IMG/VR virus record: IMGVR_UViG_3300047403_000087
Coordinates: 1-33,734 of that record
Reading direction: 5' to 3' (one strand)
Source: a virus
Taxonomy: Duplodnaviria; Caudoviricetes
DNA: 33,734 nt
In this document: positions 1 through 8,876 of the stretch, in pieces
How positions within the stretch are numbered: the stretch's first letter is position 1
Layout: every line of letters begins with the position of its first letter
Position numbers and translations under genes: made by a program
The notes under the pieces: model-generated
Seen by the model: the letters and a program-made list of their open reading frames with translations, nothing else
Database searches by the model: none
Told to the model about the DNA's origin: nothing

Positions 1-82
1 TATAATATGTATGCTCAGGAAGGTAGTAGGGGCAATTAAGTGTCTGCCACACTGCCAGCATGGTTATTATTTGAAATTTGCA

Positions 83-270
83 GGGGCATTGGGACATTGG
101 GACAGGGGTAGCTGGAACGGGTAGCTGGAGCGGGTGCGCGTGTGCTCTAGGCGTGGTGCTGGACATGGGCCGGACATGGGTTGGTGAGTGCCGGTCGGCG
201 TCGGCGTGGCCCCATGCGTGGGGACGGGGGGGCGATGTGGGCGAGCCACCATTCCTTACTCCCCCCAAAG
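83..270. other. GC-rich non-coding region with G-runs and short tandem duplications; candidate packaging (pac/cos) region
   Basis: Runs GGGG/GGG/GGG/GGGG at 83-108, a G7 run at 226-232 and a C6 run at 261-266. Duplicated units gtagctggarcgg, ggacatggg and gtcggc. No credible ORF. Lies just upstream of the late/terminase operon. Confidence 0.4.
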
Positions 271-315
271 AAAAAACGTGTTTTGTGTTATTGTTTAATT
301 TTCAAAGGAGGTTAT

Positions 316-549
316 ATGAGTGAATTGATTGATATTGAAAAGAACGTAGTGATGCCGGAATTGCCGAAGCGTGGTGCGGTATATCCTTATGAGCAAATGG
401 AAGTAGGTGATAGTTTTTTTATACGGGACGACAGGAAGAATGTAATCATTAACGTATGCAACAGGAATAGAAAAGCGGCGTTAAAGAATAATGCGGCTTA
501 TACTGCGAAGAAGGTGGATGGAGGTGTAAGGGTATGGAGGGTGAAATGA
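316..549 (+). CDS. small phage DNA-binding-like protein (MSELIDIEK...GVRVWRVK)
   Basis: SD GGAGG at 307-311 before ATG 316, so the true start is downstream of the called 181. The motifs YPYEQMEVGDSFF and GVRVWR match a widespread small phage protein family. Confidence 0.75.
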   Translation: MSELIDIEKNVVMPELPKRGAVYPYEQMEVGDSFFIRDDRKNVIINVCNRNRKAALKNNAAYTAKKVDGGVRVWRVK

Positions 550-734
550 AGATAAGTTGCAGTACGTGTAGACATAGTGAGGGGATTGCGATGGGTGGAT
601 TATTTTGCAATATTCATTTTAATTTTTGCAATCATGTATGTGATGAATACGAGCGTGAGCCTGGGAGTGATGATGGTGAATTTGAGTCAAAAGGTAGTGG
701 TGAAGGAGTTACTGGAGTTTTACCGTCGTTATGA
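546..734 (+). CDS. small Cys-rich hypothetical protein (CxxCxH...C...C...C)
   Basis: ATGA overlap with the previous stop. Cys pattern suggests metal binding. The 3' end overlaps the next ORF. Confidence 0.45.
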   Translation: MKISCSTCRHSEGIAMGGLFCNIHFNFCNHVCDEYEREPGSDDGEFESKGSGEGVTGVLPSL

Positions 735-846
735 GGGGGATGTGGGTTATCGGGCGCGTCTTATTGAATGCTGGAGGGATGAATCCAAGAATGATAAGAA
801 TATGTGGTGTGGAGCTTATAAAGAGGTTTTGAAGCTATGTCGATGA
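670..846 (+). CDS. hypothetical protein (MMVNLSQKV...)
   Basis: GGGAG upstream of ATG 670/673. The stop overlaps the start of the glycosyltransferase. Confidence 0.5.
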   Translation: MMVNLSQKVVVKELLEFYRRYEGDVGYRARLIECWRDESKNDKNMWCGAYKEVLKLCR

Positions 847-1559
847 CTGCGGCGGTATTGATTCCGACGATTGGCAGACCGGAGCTGGATGTATGTTTGG
901 ACAGTTTGAAGAACCAGACTTACCCGGTTGAAATATATTTAAGTACAGATGCGGTAATGACCCATGAACAATTTAATCAATTTGTGGATAAGTATAGAGA
1001 TACTCATGTTCATTTATCGTATTGGCCGACGAAGATTGGGGGTAAGGGGTTAGAGGGTCGTAGGCTAATGGCTGCGGGTGCGCCGTTAATCAATGAAGAT
1101 GTATTGTTTTATTTGCAGGATGATGATTGGTTTAAGCCGAATCATGTGGAGTCATTGATGGCATTGATTGAAGCTGGAAATGACTGGGCTTATAGTTTGG
1201 TGGCGGTTCATGATGTAGATGGAACATTTTTGTTTGATGATATTTGCGAGGGGTTAGGGGAGTTGCATCCATCGTGGAATACCCCGGGAAAGACCTTTGC
1301 CCCTTCGGGTTCTGTTGCGATGAAAACTGAGTGTTATCGCACTGTGGCTCAAGCGTACAACTCACGCTCTTGGGGGCCGGATAGATTGGCTTATGACATT
1401 TCCAAACATTATTTCCCCAAATTTGCCTGTAGCAAGTTACATACAAATTGTTTCAGGTTGGGGGGTAATGAAATGTCTGTTACCAAATCATTTTTTGAAA
1501 ATGGTATTACCCACATGAAAAATTTATATGGTGAGGTCATGCCTTGGCAGAGAAAGTAA
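837..1559 (+). CDS. glycosyltransferase family 2 (GT-A fold)
   Basis: N-terminal VLIPTIGRPEL..CLDSLKNQTY and a DxD-type motif LFYLQDDDWF.PNH, both hallmarks of GT2. Confidence 0.85.
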   Translation: MSMTAAVLIPTIGRPELDVCLDSLKNQTYPVEIYLSTDAVMTHEQFNQFVDKYRDTHVHLSYWPTKIGGKGLEGRRLMAAGAPLINEDVLFYLQDDDWFKPNHVESLMALIEAGNDWAYSLVAVHDVDGTFLFDDICEGLGELHPSWNTPGKTFAPSGSVAMKTECYRTVAQAYNSRSWGPDRLAYDISKHYFPKFACSKLHTNCFRLGGNEMSVTKSFFENGITHMKNLYGEVMPWQRK

Positions 1560-3313
1560 TATTTAATCTCAAGCAGTTCTATGCTTTTTGTTCCCAATTA
1601 AAGATTGAGACTAAAGAGCAGGGTTTGAGAAAGATGGATAATCTTTTAGGTACTCAGACCTATGTGATGGATGAGATTGCCAAAGGATTGGATAGTGGCA
1701 TTCATTTCTTTGTGATCCTGAAGGGTAGGCAGCTTGGCATCACCACGATTAGTCTTGCTTTGGATTTGTACTGGCAATTTGTCCATCCTGGCTGGCAAGG
1801 AACGCTAGTATCGGATACCGAGGAAAACCGGGATATGTTCCGCTCCACCTTGGCAATGTACATGGATGGATTGCCCAAGGAGTACAAGATTCCTCTGATG
1901 GCACATAACCGTAACCAGTTGGTTTTGAAAAACCGTTCAAGGATTTTCTATCAAATTGCTGGTAATAAAAGCCGTTTAGGGCAGGGCAAGGCAATTACCT
2001 ACCTACACGGAACAGAAACCGCTTCTTGGGGAAATGAGGAAGGTTTGGCCTCCCTGATAGCGTCTTTGGCTGAAACTAATCCTGATCGTCTGTATATGTT
2101 TGAAAGCACCGCCCAGGGTTTTAATATGTTTCACGATATGTACACCACCGCAAAACGCGCCAAAACACAACGCGCTATTTTTTGTGGATGGTGGCGTAAC
2201 CAGTTCTATTCCCTGGATGCCAATACCCAGACCTATAAAGTCTATTGGGATGGAAAACTAACGCCAGAAGAACGAGAATGGACGCGAGATATCAAAAAGC
2301 TATACAACGTGGAAATTAATTCCCGTCAAATGGCTTGGTGGCGGTGGAAACTACACGAGGGCATCAAAGATGATGCGCTGATGTACCAGGAATTTCCTCC
2401 TACAGAAGATTACGCATTCGTAATGACTGGAACTAGCTACTTCAGCAATTCCAGATGCACCGACGCAATGAAAATTGCAAAAAACCTGACTCCTGATTGC
2501 TACAGATACAGTATGGGAGCCAATTTCACCGATACAGAGTGCATGAAATCTACTCAAAGATTGGCTACGCTGAAAATATGGGAAGAACCTATAGATACAG
2601 CGTACTACGTCATCGGTGCTGATCCTGCTTATGGCTCTTCAGACTGGGCAGATAGGTTTTGTATTGAAGTTTATAGGGCTTACGCAGATGGACTAGAGCA
2701 AGTCGCTGAATTTGCCACTAGTGAAATGAATACCTATCAATTTGCTTGGGCTATCGCTCATATTGCCGGTGCTTACAAGAATTCCACATTGAACTTGGAA
2801 ATCAATGGCCCAGGTCAAGCTGTAATCAACGAATTGAAAAACCTAAAACGCCAAGCGGCTATGCTCGATGGGAAAATGGGTCGTGACCTGATGGATGTTT
2901 TGTCTCACATGACAAACTACGTTTGGCGACGCAATGACAATATGAGCGGATTAACAAATAGCATAGGTTGGAATACAACAGCGCAAACAAAAGAGCGAAT
3001 GCTGTCTTACATGAAGGATTATTTTGAACGTGGAATGATGGATATTAATTCCATTGAAACCATTGAAGAAATGAAAACAATTATCCGAGATGGCCCAAGT
3101 ATCGCCGCCTCTGGAAGAAATAAAGATGATCGGGTTATGGCCTCCGCGTTGGCTTGTGCGGCCTATGCGGAACAAGTTCAACCCAGATTGATACAAATGA
3201 GATTGTCTAAAGATAGATCAAAAAAACTACAAGACAAATCAGAAAATAGCTCAATAGGGGATGTAAGCCAACGTGCTGTTGGAAATTATCTAAAACGTAT
3301 AGGTTTTCAATGA
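1544..3313 (+). CDS. terL: terminase large subunit
   Basis: Walker A ILKGRQLGITT, Walker B YLHGTE, coupling motif FESTAQG, nuclease motifs VIGADPAYG and KDDRVMA. TTG start with GGTGAGG upstream. Confidence 0.92.
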   Translation: MAEKVIFNLKQFYAFCSQLKIETKEQGLRKMDNLLGTQTYVMDEIAKGLDSGIHFFVILKGRQLGITTISLALDLYWQFVHPGWQGTLVSDTEENRDMFRSTLAMYMDGLPKEYKIPLMAHNRNQLVLKNRSRIFYQIAGNKSRLGQGKAITYLHGTETASWGNEEGLASLIASLAETNPDRLYMFESTAQGFNMFHDMYTTAKRAKTQRAIFCGWWRNQFYSLDANTQTYKVYWDGKLTPEEREWTRDIKKLYNVEINSRQMAWWRWKLHEGIKDDALMYQEFPPTEDYAFVMTGTSYFSNSRCTDAMKIAKNLTPDCYRYSMGANFTDTECMKSTQRLATLKIWEEPIDTAYYVIGADPAYGSSDWADRFCIEVYRAYADGLEQVAEFATSEMNTYQFAWAIAHIAGAYKNSTLNLEINGPGQAVINELKNLKRQAAMLDGKMGRDLMDVLSHMTNYVWRRNDNMSGLTNSIGWNTTAQTKERMLSYMKDYFERGMMDINSIETIEEMKTIIRDGPSIAASGRNKDDRVMASALACAAYAEQVQPRLIQMRLSKDRSKKLQDKSENSSIGDVSQRAVGNYLKRIGFQ

Positions 3314-3705
3314 TGGAAAAAGTAATGTCCCGTCAAGAACAAAAAGTAGTTATTAATAAGTTTTTGCTCGATAAAAATAGGGGTATTAGCATCCCGCTTT
3401 TTGCCGAACTCTGTGGATTACATACGGATACACTGAGAGAAGTATTCATAGAAATGAATCAACCGTTAACCGAATACGTTCAACGTAGAGTCAGTAAAGC
3501 ATACAAAGCATGGCAGCGGGGAGAGGTTGCAATCATGCAAAACCGAGATAGAACTAGATTTGTACAATACAGAAAAACCCCTAAACCATTTATGGTTAGA
3601 TCAATGGGCTTAACGGTAGATAACGGGCAAATTAAATTAAAAGTTGGAATAAAAAATAAAGCCGACTATTCAACACCTGATTTAGATGAACAATTAAGGA
3701 AATAA
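3310..3705 (+). CDS. hypothetical protein, possible HTH (ISIPLFAELCGLHTDTL)
   Basis: Translationally coupled to terL; contains an HTH-like segment. Confidence 0.65.
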   Translation: MMEKVMSRQEQKVVINKFLLDKNRGISIPLFAELCGLHTDTLREVFIEMNQPLTEYVQRRVSKAYKAWQRGEVAIMQNRDRTRFVQYRKTPKPFMVRSMGLTVDNGQIKLKVGIKNKADYSTPDLDEQLRK

Positions 3706-3707
3706 CG

Positions 3708-4193
3708 ATGCCAAGGATTATAAGAGATTATAAATGTTCAGTTCATGGGTATTTTGAGGCTTATGCCCCGATTTGCCCCGAAGGTTGTGAAGAAAACATT
3801 ATGATTGTCCACCTGCAAGCCCCCGGATTGATTAGTGATAAAACCAAAGGTAGTGACAAAAACCTTAGACAATTGGCTAACGATTTCAAAATGTCAGATA
3901 TTAAATCGACCAGGGAAGGGGACAGCCAAGCCGGGTACTACACTAGAAATAATGATAGTAGCCCGTCGGAGCAAGAAGTTATTCAGCAGCCCGCAGAACC
4001 TCAACCCAGAGACTCCGCAATCTGGGGGACGGGTATGAAAGGACTTAATCTACAGTCCATTATTTCTGGAAAAGCCGTTCAATCCATTCATGGAGAGCCT
4101 GTAGGCATTCGTCCCAAAGATACAGGGAACTTGACAGGCCCACGGGTTGCGAGTTATACAGCAGACCATGAAAACCTTTCGATCAAGAAATAA
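3708..4193 (+). CDS. hypothetical protein with an N-terminal zinc-ribbon-like motif
   Basis: DYKCSVHG...ICPEGC; AAGGA SD; the stop overlaps the portal start. Confidence 0.7.
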   Translation: MPRIIRDYKCSVHGYFEAYAPICPEGCEENIMIVHLQAPGLISDKTKGSDKNLRQLANDFKMSDIKSTREGDSQAGYYTRNNDSSPSEQEVIQQPAEPQPRDSAIWGTGMKGLNLQSIISGKAVQSIHGEPVGIRPKDTGNLTGPRVASYTADHENLSIKK

Positions 4194-5851
4194 TGCGGAT
4201 ACCTAATCCACCTCTTGAACGCGAAGCGTTTTATTTGGACATCATTCAGAAATGTATGGTGTCCAAAGATGAACGTAAACCAGACTACACAAATTTACGT
4301 TCTTACTATTTATTTGGCGCTGGCCCTGACGATGTTCCAGCTATTTATAACAAGATACATCCACATATTGACCAATTAACATCTTTTTTATATTCAGCAG
4401 AAACCACGCGATTCAGCATTAATTTGGGTGCGGGAATCTCACCTGATGAACACAAAAAAACCCCCGTATTGACCCAAGCACTCAATGATGAGTGGTTAAA
4501 TTCAAATTGCGATCAGGTATTTAGCTCGGCTCTTACTTGGTCAATGGTCTATAACTCTACATTTATAAAACTTATTTATAAAAATGGAGTGCATCCCTAT
4601 CTCGTTGAACCTGGAGCAATGGGAGTTCTAAGAGAAGATACCCCATACCTTGATAGACAAGAAGCCCTAGTTCAAATTTATTACATTACCAGGTCTGAAC
4701 TGATGGCGCGTTTATATAGCCATCCTCAAAGAGAAAAAATACTAGATCGTATTACTGCAAGCTATAACCCGCCAATTTCTGACGTTCCTAATGGAGTTGA
4801 TAGGATCGTTTTATCATCATCAAATCCAACGATGATGGGCAACATAAATCTGGATTTGTACGGATACAACCGTTACAAACCTCAAGTTGCTGAAGATACC
4901 GTTGAGATGCGAGAGTTGTGGATTTGGAACGACGAGATAATGGATTATCAAGTTGTTACTATCGCAACTCCTGACATTTTGATTTATGACCGTTCTGGCG
5001 AATCCGTTTTCTTGAAAGGCGAATTGCCTTTTGTTCAAATATGCCCCAATCCCCAATATGATTATTTCTGGGGGCAGTCTGAATGTCAGAGACTTATAAA
5101 TCTCCAATTAATGCGTAACAACCGCATGAATGAAATTCTTGATTTGCTATCAAAACAGGTCGCCCCTCCGACCGCTTTGATGGGATTTTCTGGAATATTG
5201 GATGAAAAGAATTTTGCCCTGAATAGAGCCGGTGGTTTGCTTTCTACCGATATGCCAAACGCTAAAGTAGAAAAACTAGCGCCTACTATTCCACCTGATT
5301 TGTATGAATCAATCAGAGAAGTTGACCGGATGTTTGAAGAAGCATCAGGAATAGGAAACGTTTTGCAAGGGAAAGGTGAGGCTGGAGTTCGTTCCGCTGG
5401 TCATGCAAGCCAGCTTGCCAGATTGGGTGCAAGCCGAGCTAAAAAACGTGCTCTAATCATTGAAGATGCTCTGGAAAAAGTTGCCACGTTGTATTTGAAA
5501 TTAATGCAGGAATACGACAATACTCATTTCAAAGATACTAATGGCACTCCGTTCGTAGCCAAACAATTTCCAGAAAACTACACTGTAAAAGTTGACGCTC
5601 ACAGTAATAGCCCTATATTTACTGAAGATTTGCGACAACTGGCGTTTAATCTGTTTAAAGCTCAAGCAATTGACAAAGATTCTCTGCTTGATTTGTTGGA
5701 GCCTCCAATGAAACAAGAATTGAAAGAACGATTGAAGATTATGGAACAAAAACAAGTCATAGCCTCGATGCAACAGGCCGCAATGCAAAAATCGCAGCCT
5801 GGATCAGAAAAAGGTGGTAAACCCGACTTGAAAGCGGTAGGTAGCGAATGA
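4193..5851 (+). CDS. portal protein (P22-like podovirus type)
   Basis: 552 aa, located after terL. Motifs IYNKI.PHIDQL, LPFVQI.P.P..DYFWG.S, Q..RNNRMN, SGI..VLQG and a Gln-rich C-terminus. Confidence 0.8.
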   Translation: MRIPNPPLEREAFYLDIIQKCMVSKDERKPDYTNLRSYYLFGAGPDDVPAIYNKIHPHIDQLTSFLYSAETTRFSINLGAGISPDEHKKTPVLTQALNDEWLNSNCDQVFSSALTWSMVYNSTFIKLIYKNGVHPYLVEPGAMGVLREDTPYLDRQEALVQIYYITRSELMARLYSHPQREKILDRITASYNPPISDVPNGVDRIVLSSSNPTMMGNINLDLYGYNRYKPQVAEDTVEMRELWIWNDEIMDYQVVTIATPDILIYDRSGESVFLKGELPFVQICPNPQYDYFWGQSECQRLINLQLMRNNRMNEILDLLSKQVAPPTALMGFSGILDEKNFALNRAGGLLSTDMPNAKVEKLAPTIPPDLYESIREVDRMFEEASGIGNVLQGKGEAGVRSAGHASQLARLGASRAKKRALIIEDALEKVATLYLKLMQEYDNTHFKDTNGTPFVAKQFPENYTVKVDAHSNSPIFTEDLRQLAFNLFKAQAIDKDSLLDLLEPPMKQELKERLKIMEQKQVIASMQQAAMQKSQPGSEKGGKPDLKAVGSE

Positions 5852-6009
5852 ATACAGGAAACATTCAGCCCAAGGCAGATCAACCAAGGGTAGATACCAA
5901 AGAATTGTCCCGTCAAGAACCGTCTTTGCAATATCGCGTACAAGGTGGTAAAAACTACGCAAGTAGAATGACAACGCGAAATGATATGCGTTCGTCCAAC
6001 AGGAGCTAG
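5848..6009 (+). CDS. 53-aa hypothetical protein (MNTGNIQPKADQPRV...SSNRS)
   Basis: Translated by hand. ATGA overlap with the portal stop; below the ORF-track length cutoff. Confidence 0.65.
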   Translation: MNTGNIQPKADQPRVDTKELSRQEPSLQYRVQGGKNYASRMTTRNDMRSSNRS

Positions 6010-6015
6010 AGAAAA

Positions 6016-6042
6016 ATGGCTAAACGTAAATGTCGTAGATAA
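6016..6042 (+). CDS. 8-aa basic micro-peptide MAKRKCRR
   Basis: ATG 6016 lies 6 nt after the previous stop, with AGGAG upstream at 6001-6005; stop TAA. Confidence 0.4.
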   Translation: MAKRKCRR

Positions 6043-6056
6043 AAATCCTTACGGAT

Positions 6057-6097
6057 GGGATATGGCTGCTTGTCCCTTTAACTAGGTGGCCGAGGGA
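6057..6097 (+). promoter_or_regulatory. predicted H-type RNA pseudoknot
   Basis: S1 is GGGAUA (6057-62) with UGUCCC (6071-76). S2 is GGCUGCU (6064-70) with GGUGGCC (6085-91). L1 is 1 nt and L3 is 8 nt. Confidence 0.5.
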
Positions 6098-6111
6098 AAA
6101 TGGAGAAAATC

Positions 6112-6150
6112 ATGGCCCGCAAAGCTCGCAAAGCCAGCCGCAAGAAGTAA
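6112..6150 (+). CDS. 12-aa protamine-like micro-peptide MARKARKASRKK
   Basis: Clear SD GGAGA at 6102-6106 with normal spacing; 7 of 12 residues are K/R; stop TAA. Confidence 0.6.
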   Translation: MARKARKASRKK

Positions 6151-6160
6151 TTCTTGAAGG

Positions 6161-6209
6161 TTTTACCCCCCCGGGGTGGGTAGAAAAATATAACCCCCTA
6201 TATTTTTTT
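6161..6209 (+). terminator. GC-rich hairpin followed by a distal T-run
   Basis: TTTTACCC-CCC-CG-GGG-T-GGGTAGAA at 6161-6185, then T7 at 6203-6209. Confidence 0.4.
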
Positions 6210-6211
6210 GC

Positions 6212-6240
6212 TTGACAAGTTAGTTAGTACTTGCCAATAT
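6212..6240 (+). promoter_or_regulatory. sigma70-like promoter for the head genes, overlapped by an inverted repeat
   Basis: TTGACA (6212-17), 17-nt spacer, CAATAT. The arms TTGACAAGT and ACTTGCCAA form a palindrome with one mismatch. Confidence 0.55.
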
Positions 6241-6261
6241 TTTAGAAAATAGGGATTTATT

Positions 6262-6729
6262 ATGAGCGTACCGTCAGATCAGTTGATGGAAATGATTAAA
6301 AAACAGCGTTCAGTTCCTTCTGAACCTGCTGCACCCGCTGGCGCGGATCAAGCCCCTCCTATGGGGCAATCTGATATGGAAACGCCTCCCATGGCGGCTC
6401 CCATGTCAACGCCAGAACCTAAAATGGGAAACCGTGAAGGCGCGATGATTAATCTGTCCATGGCAATGGATTTGATCGAGCAAGCTCTTCCTGCTTTGGG
6501 GTCTGCATCCCCCGAGGGACAAAAAGCACTTTCTGTCCTCCGTTCTTTGTCTGGACTTCTTGGTAGCAAAAAAGAAAAAACAAAAGAATTGGAAGCCACT
6601 CAAATTATGCAAATGCTTCAAAACTTGCCACAGGCGGGCGGTGCAACGCCAGAAGGCAAAGTCATGGCAGCAGCACCCGCTATCCCGGGAATGGCTCCCG
6701 GTGGCGCACCTCAACCACCTGTAATGTAA
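6262..6729 (+). CDS. Pro/Met-rich head-associated hypothetical protein
   Basis: AGGGAT SD; located between the portal and scaffold genes. Confidence 0.75.
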   Translation: MSVPSDQLMEMIKKQRSVPSEPAAPAGADQAPPMGQSDMETPPMAAPMSTPEPKMGNREGAMINLSMAMDLIEQALPALGSASPEGQKALSVLRSLSGLLGSKKEKTKELEATQIMQMLQNLPQAGGATPEGKVMAAAPAIPGMAPGGAPQPPVM

Positions 6730-6738
6730 GGAGTAATC

Positions 6739-6930
6739 ATGGATTTGTTTAAACCCCGTGGTGCGTCGCAGCCGCGTCGCCCAACTGACAATAACCAAGA
6801 CAACGGTCAAATTCACAATACGCCCCGTTTTTCGCAAATGGGCGGATTGAGTGGCCCCGGTAAATTTTCCAAAAACAAAATGACTTTGGAAAAGCAACCT
6901 AGTGCCAAGACTGGTCGTAAAGTTATTTAA
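6739..6930 (+). CDS. small basic hypothetical protein
   Basis: TAAGGAG SD; 63 aa. Confidence 0.75.
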   Translation: MDLFKPRGASQPRRPTDNNQDNGQIHNTPRFSQMGGLSGPGKFSKNKMTLEKQPSAKTGRKVI

Positions 6931-6947
6931 TTTACAAGGGGATAACG

Positions 6948-7478
6948 ATGAGTCTTGAAGATTTGAGTTTGGAAGCCAGGGATGAATTGGCATTGTTGGC
7001 GCGTCAACTTGCAGAAAATCCTGTAACCAGGAAAGAATTTTTGCGTTTGACCAAAAAAGCCAAACCAGATATGCCAATTCCAGAATTAGAAATTGAAGAT
7101 AAGACTGATTCTGCTTTGGAAATGATGCGTAAGGAAAATGAAGAACTTCGTTCTAAGTTTCAAGAAAAAGAAGCTCGTGAAGAACTTCAAAACCGGCGCA
7201 ACAAATTGAAATCTAAGGGACTTGTTGAAAAAGATGAAGATATTGCAGAAGTGGAAAAAATCATGCTTGAAAAAGGCATGACTAACCATGAAACTGCGGC
7301 TGAATATTGGCAATGGATGAAGCAATCTGCTCAACCAACGCCAAGCGGTTATAACCCTAATCCCATTACTAAATTTGACCTTGGTAAATACTGGAAAAAT
7401 CCGGTACAAGGGGCGAGGGAAGAGGCAGCAAAGGCTTTGAATGAGTTGCGGAAATCTCCGCGACCCATAGGTTTGTAG
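6948..7478 (+). CDS. putative capsid scaffolding protein
   Basis: Charged, helical/coiled-coil sequence immediately upstream of the major capsid gene. Confidence 0.65.
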   Translation: MSLEDLSLEARDELALLARQLAENPVTRKEFLRLTKKAKPDMPIPELEIEDKTDSALEMMRKENEELRSKFQEKEAREELQNRRNKLKSKGLVEKDEDIAEVEKIMLEKGMTNHETAAEYWQWMKQSAQPTPSGYNPNPITKFDLGKYWKNPVQGAREEAAKALNELRKSPRPIGL

Positions 7479-7514
7479 TAGTAACAGGGGATTTAATTTT
7501 TTCGGAGATGAACC

Positions 7515-8528
7515 ATGCCTATCGGCGGCGGTATTCTTCCGGCTTCGGGTTCGACCCAGTACACCGAATTGACTTATGTCACTCGGCGTGCGTTTATCCC
7601 GAAACTGGTTGTTCAGCTTTACAACTCGACACCTCTAATGGCGGCTTTGATTGCAAACAGTCAACAGGCTTCAGGTGGTGTGTCGTCTGTCACAGTTCCC
7701 GTCCAGGGAGCGCAGTTCGTCAATGCACAATGGTCTGATTACAGCGGTTCGTTCGCTCAACCTAGCGTTCAGCAAGGTGCGTACAACGCTGAATTTAACC
7801 TGAAACTGATGATCTGCCCAGTTCCGTTCCTCGGAATGGAAGGTGCGGTGCAGCAGGATCACGCTGTAATTCCGCTTATTGAAGCCCGTATGAACGATGC
7901 AACCAACGTAATGATGGATGCAATGGCTACGGCGCTATACAACAATACCACCAACGCGCAGCAATTCATTGGTTTGCCGGGTGCTATTTCCAGCAGCAAT
8001 CCTTCCGCTGGTAATTACGGCAACATTGATCGCTCTACCTATACTTGGTGGCAATCCAAACAGTACGCTGCTGGATCGGTTAATCCGACCCGCCAGAATG
8101 TACTTCAATACATTAGTGGAACTGTCAAAAACGGCGCGGAAGTGCCTTCTTTTGGCGTCTGCGGGTTTGGAACTTGGACTCTGCTGGCTCAAGACTATGT
8201 GGGACAAGAGCAATACGTTATTACGCCTGGCAGCGGGTTTGATGGCGAATCTAATGGCCCCCAAGCCGGGTTCCGCGCTCTGATGGTTGCCGGAGTACCG
8301 ATCTATCCCGATCCGTATTGCCCGGAAGGTAAGCTGTACCTGATTAATACGAACTACCTGTCGCTGTACATTCACGATCAAGGTTCGTTTGTATTTACCG
8401 GGTTTGAATCTACCCTTCCGAACTGGCAAATTGGTTACGTTGGTGCGGTTTTGATGATTGCCGAACTGGTAAACACCAAACCCAAATCAATGACCCAAGT
8501 GACCGGCTATAACTCACTCACTTTGTAA
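7515..8528 (+). CDS. major capsid protein (HK97 fold)
   Basis: 337 aa after the scaffold gene, with strongly biased codon usage. Segments IPKLVVQLYNSTPLM, YGNIDRSTYTWW and GVPIYPDPYCP.GKLYLINTNYL are typical of phage capsid proteins. Confidence 0.85.
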   Translation: MPIGGGILPASGSTQYTELTYVTRRAFIPKLVVQLYNSTPLMAALIANSQQASGGVSSVTVPVQGAQFVNAQWSDYSGSFAQPSVQQGAYNAEFNLKLMICPVPFLGMEGAVQQDHAVIPLIEARMNDATNVMMDAMATALYNNTTNAQQFIGLPGAISSSNPSAGNYGNIDRSTYTWWQSKQYAAGSVNPTRQNVLQYISGTVKNGAEVPSFGVCGFGTWTLLAQDYVGQEQYVITPGSGFDGESNGPQAGFRALMVAGVPIYPDPYCPEGKLYLINTNYLSLYIHDQGSFVFTGFESTLPNWQIGYVGAVLMIAELVNTKPKSMTQVTGYNSLTL

Positions 8529-8540
8529 GGAGAAAAAGCC

Positions 8541-8867
8541 ATGGCACTTGCAATGAATAAAATTCTGGTAGCAAACACCACCACCAACACCACTTCTGCA
8601 TATCTTCAGACCACTACCGTTGCAGCGGTGACTTCTGGTAATGGTACGGTTATTAGTGCTGGTACTTACATGATGAACGCACAAGCCAATGTGACGATTG
8701 TCATGTATGACGGTTCTAATTGGGGAACTATGATCGCCAATAATACTGGCGGTTATTTTGTTTCTGATGGCGTTAATGTTGGAGCGAAGGCTGTTAATGC
8801 CAACACTACCGCCACTCTAGTAACTATCAACGGCGGTCAAGCCGTTGGCAGTACCTATGCTTCGTAA
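8541..8867 (+). CDS. T/N/A-rich beta protein, putative capsid decoration protein
   Basis: TAAGGAG SD; directly after the capsid gene; beta-strand-type composition. Confidence 0.65.
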   Translation: MALAMNKILVANTTTNTTSAYLQTTTVAAVTSGNGTVISAGTYMMNAQANVTIVMYDGSNWGTMIANNTGGYFVSDGVNVGAKAVNANTTATLVTINGGQAVGSTYAS

Positions 8868-8876
8868 GGAGTAAAA

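Noticed and set aside
181-315. N-terminal extension of the first gene, and ORFs 67..252 and 78..323
   Set aside because: These run through GC-rich repeats; the real SD and ATG are at 307-318.
6040-6097. Stop-codon readthrough or -1 frameshift stimulated by the pseudoknot
   Set aside because: Readthrough of the TAA at 6040 hits another TAA at 6079, and I see no X XXY YYZ slippery heptamer at the right spacing.
6406-8429. Long antisense ORFs (6406..7077, 7935..8429; likewise 21021..21590 and 30168..30581)
   Set aside because: Shadows of strongly codon-biased genes on the other strand, with no SD or recognisable motifs.
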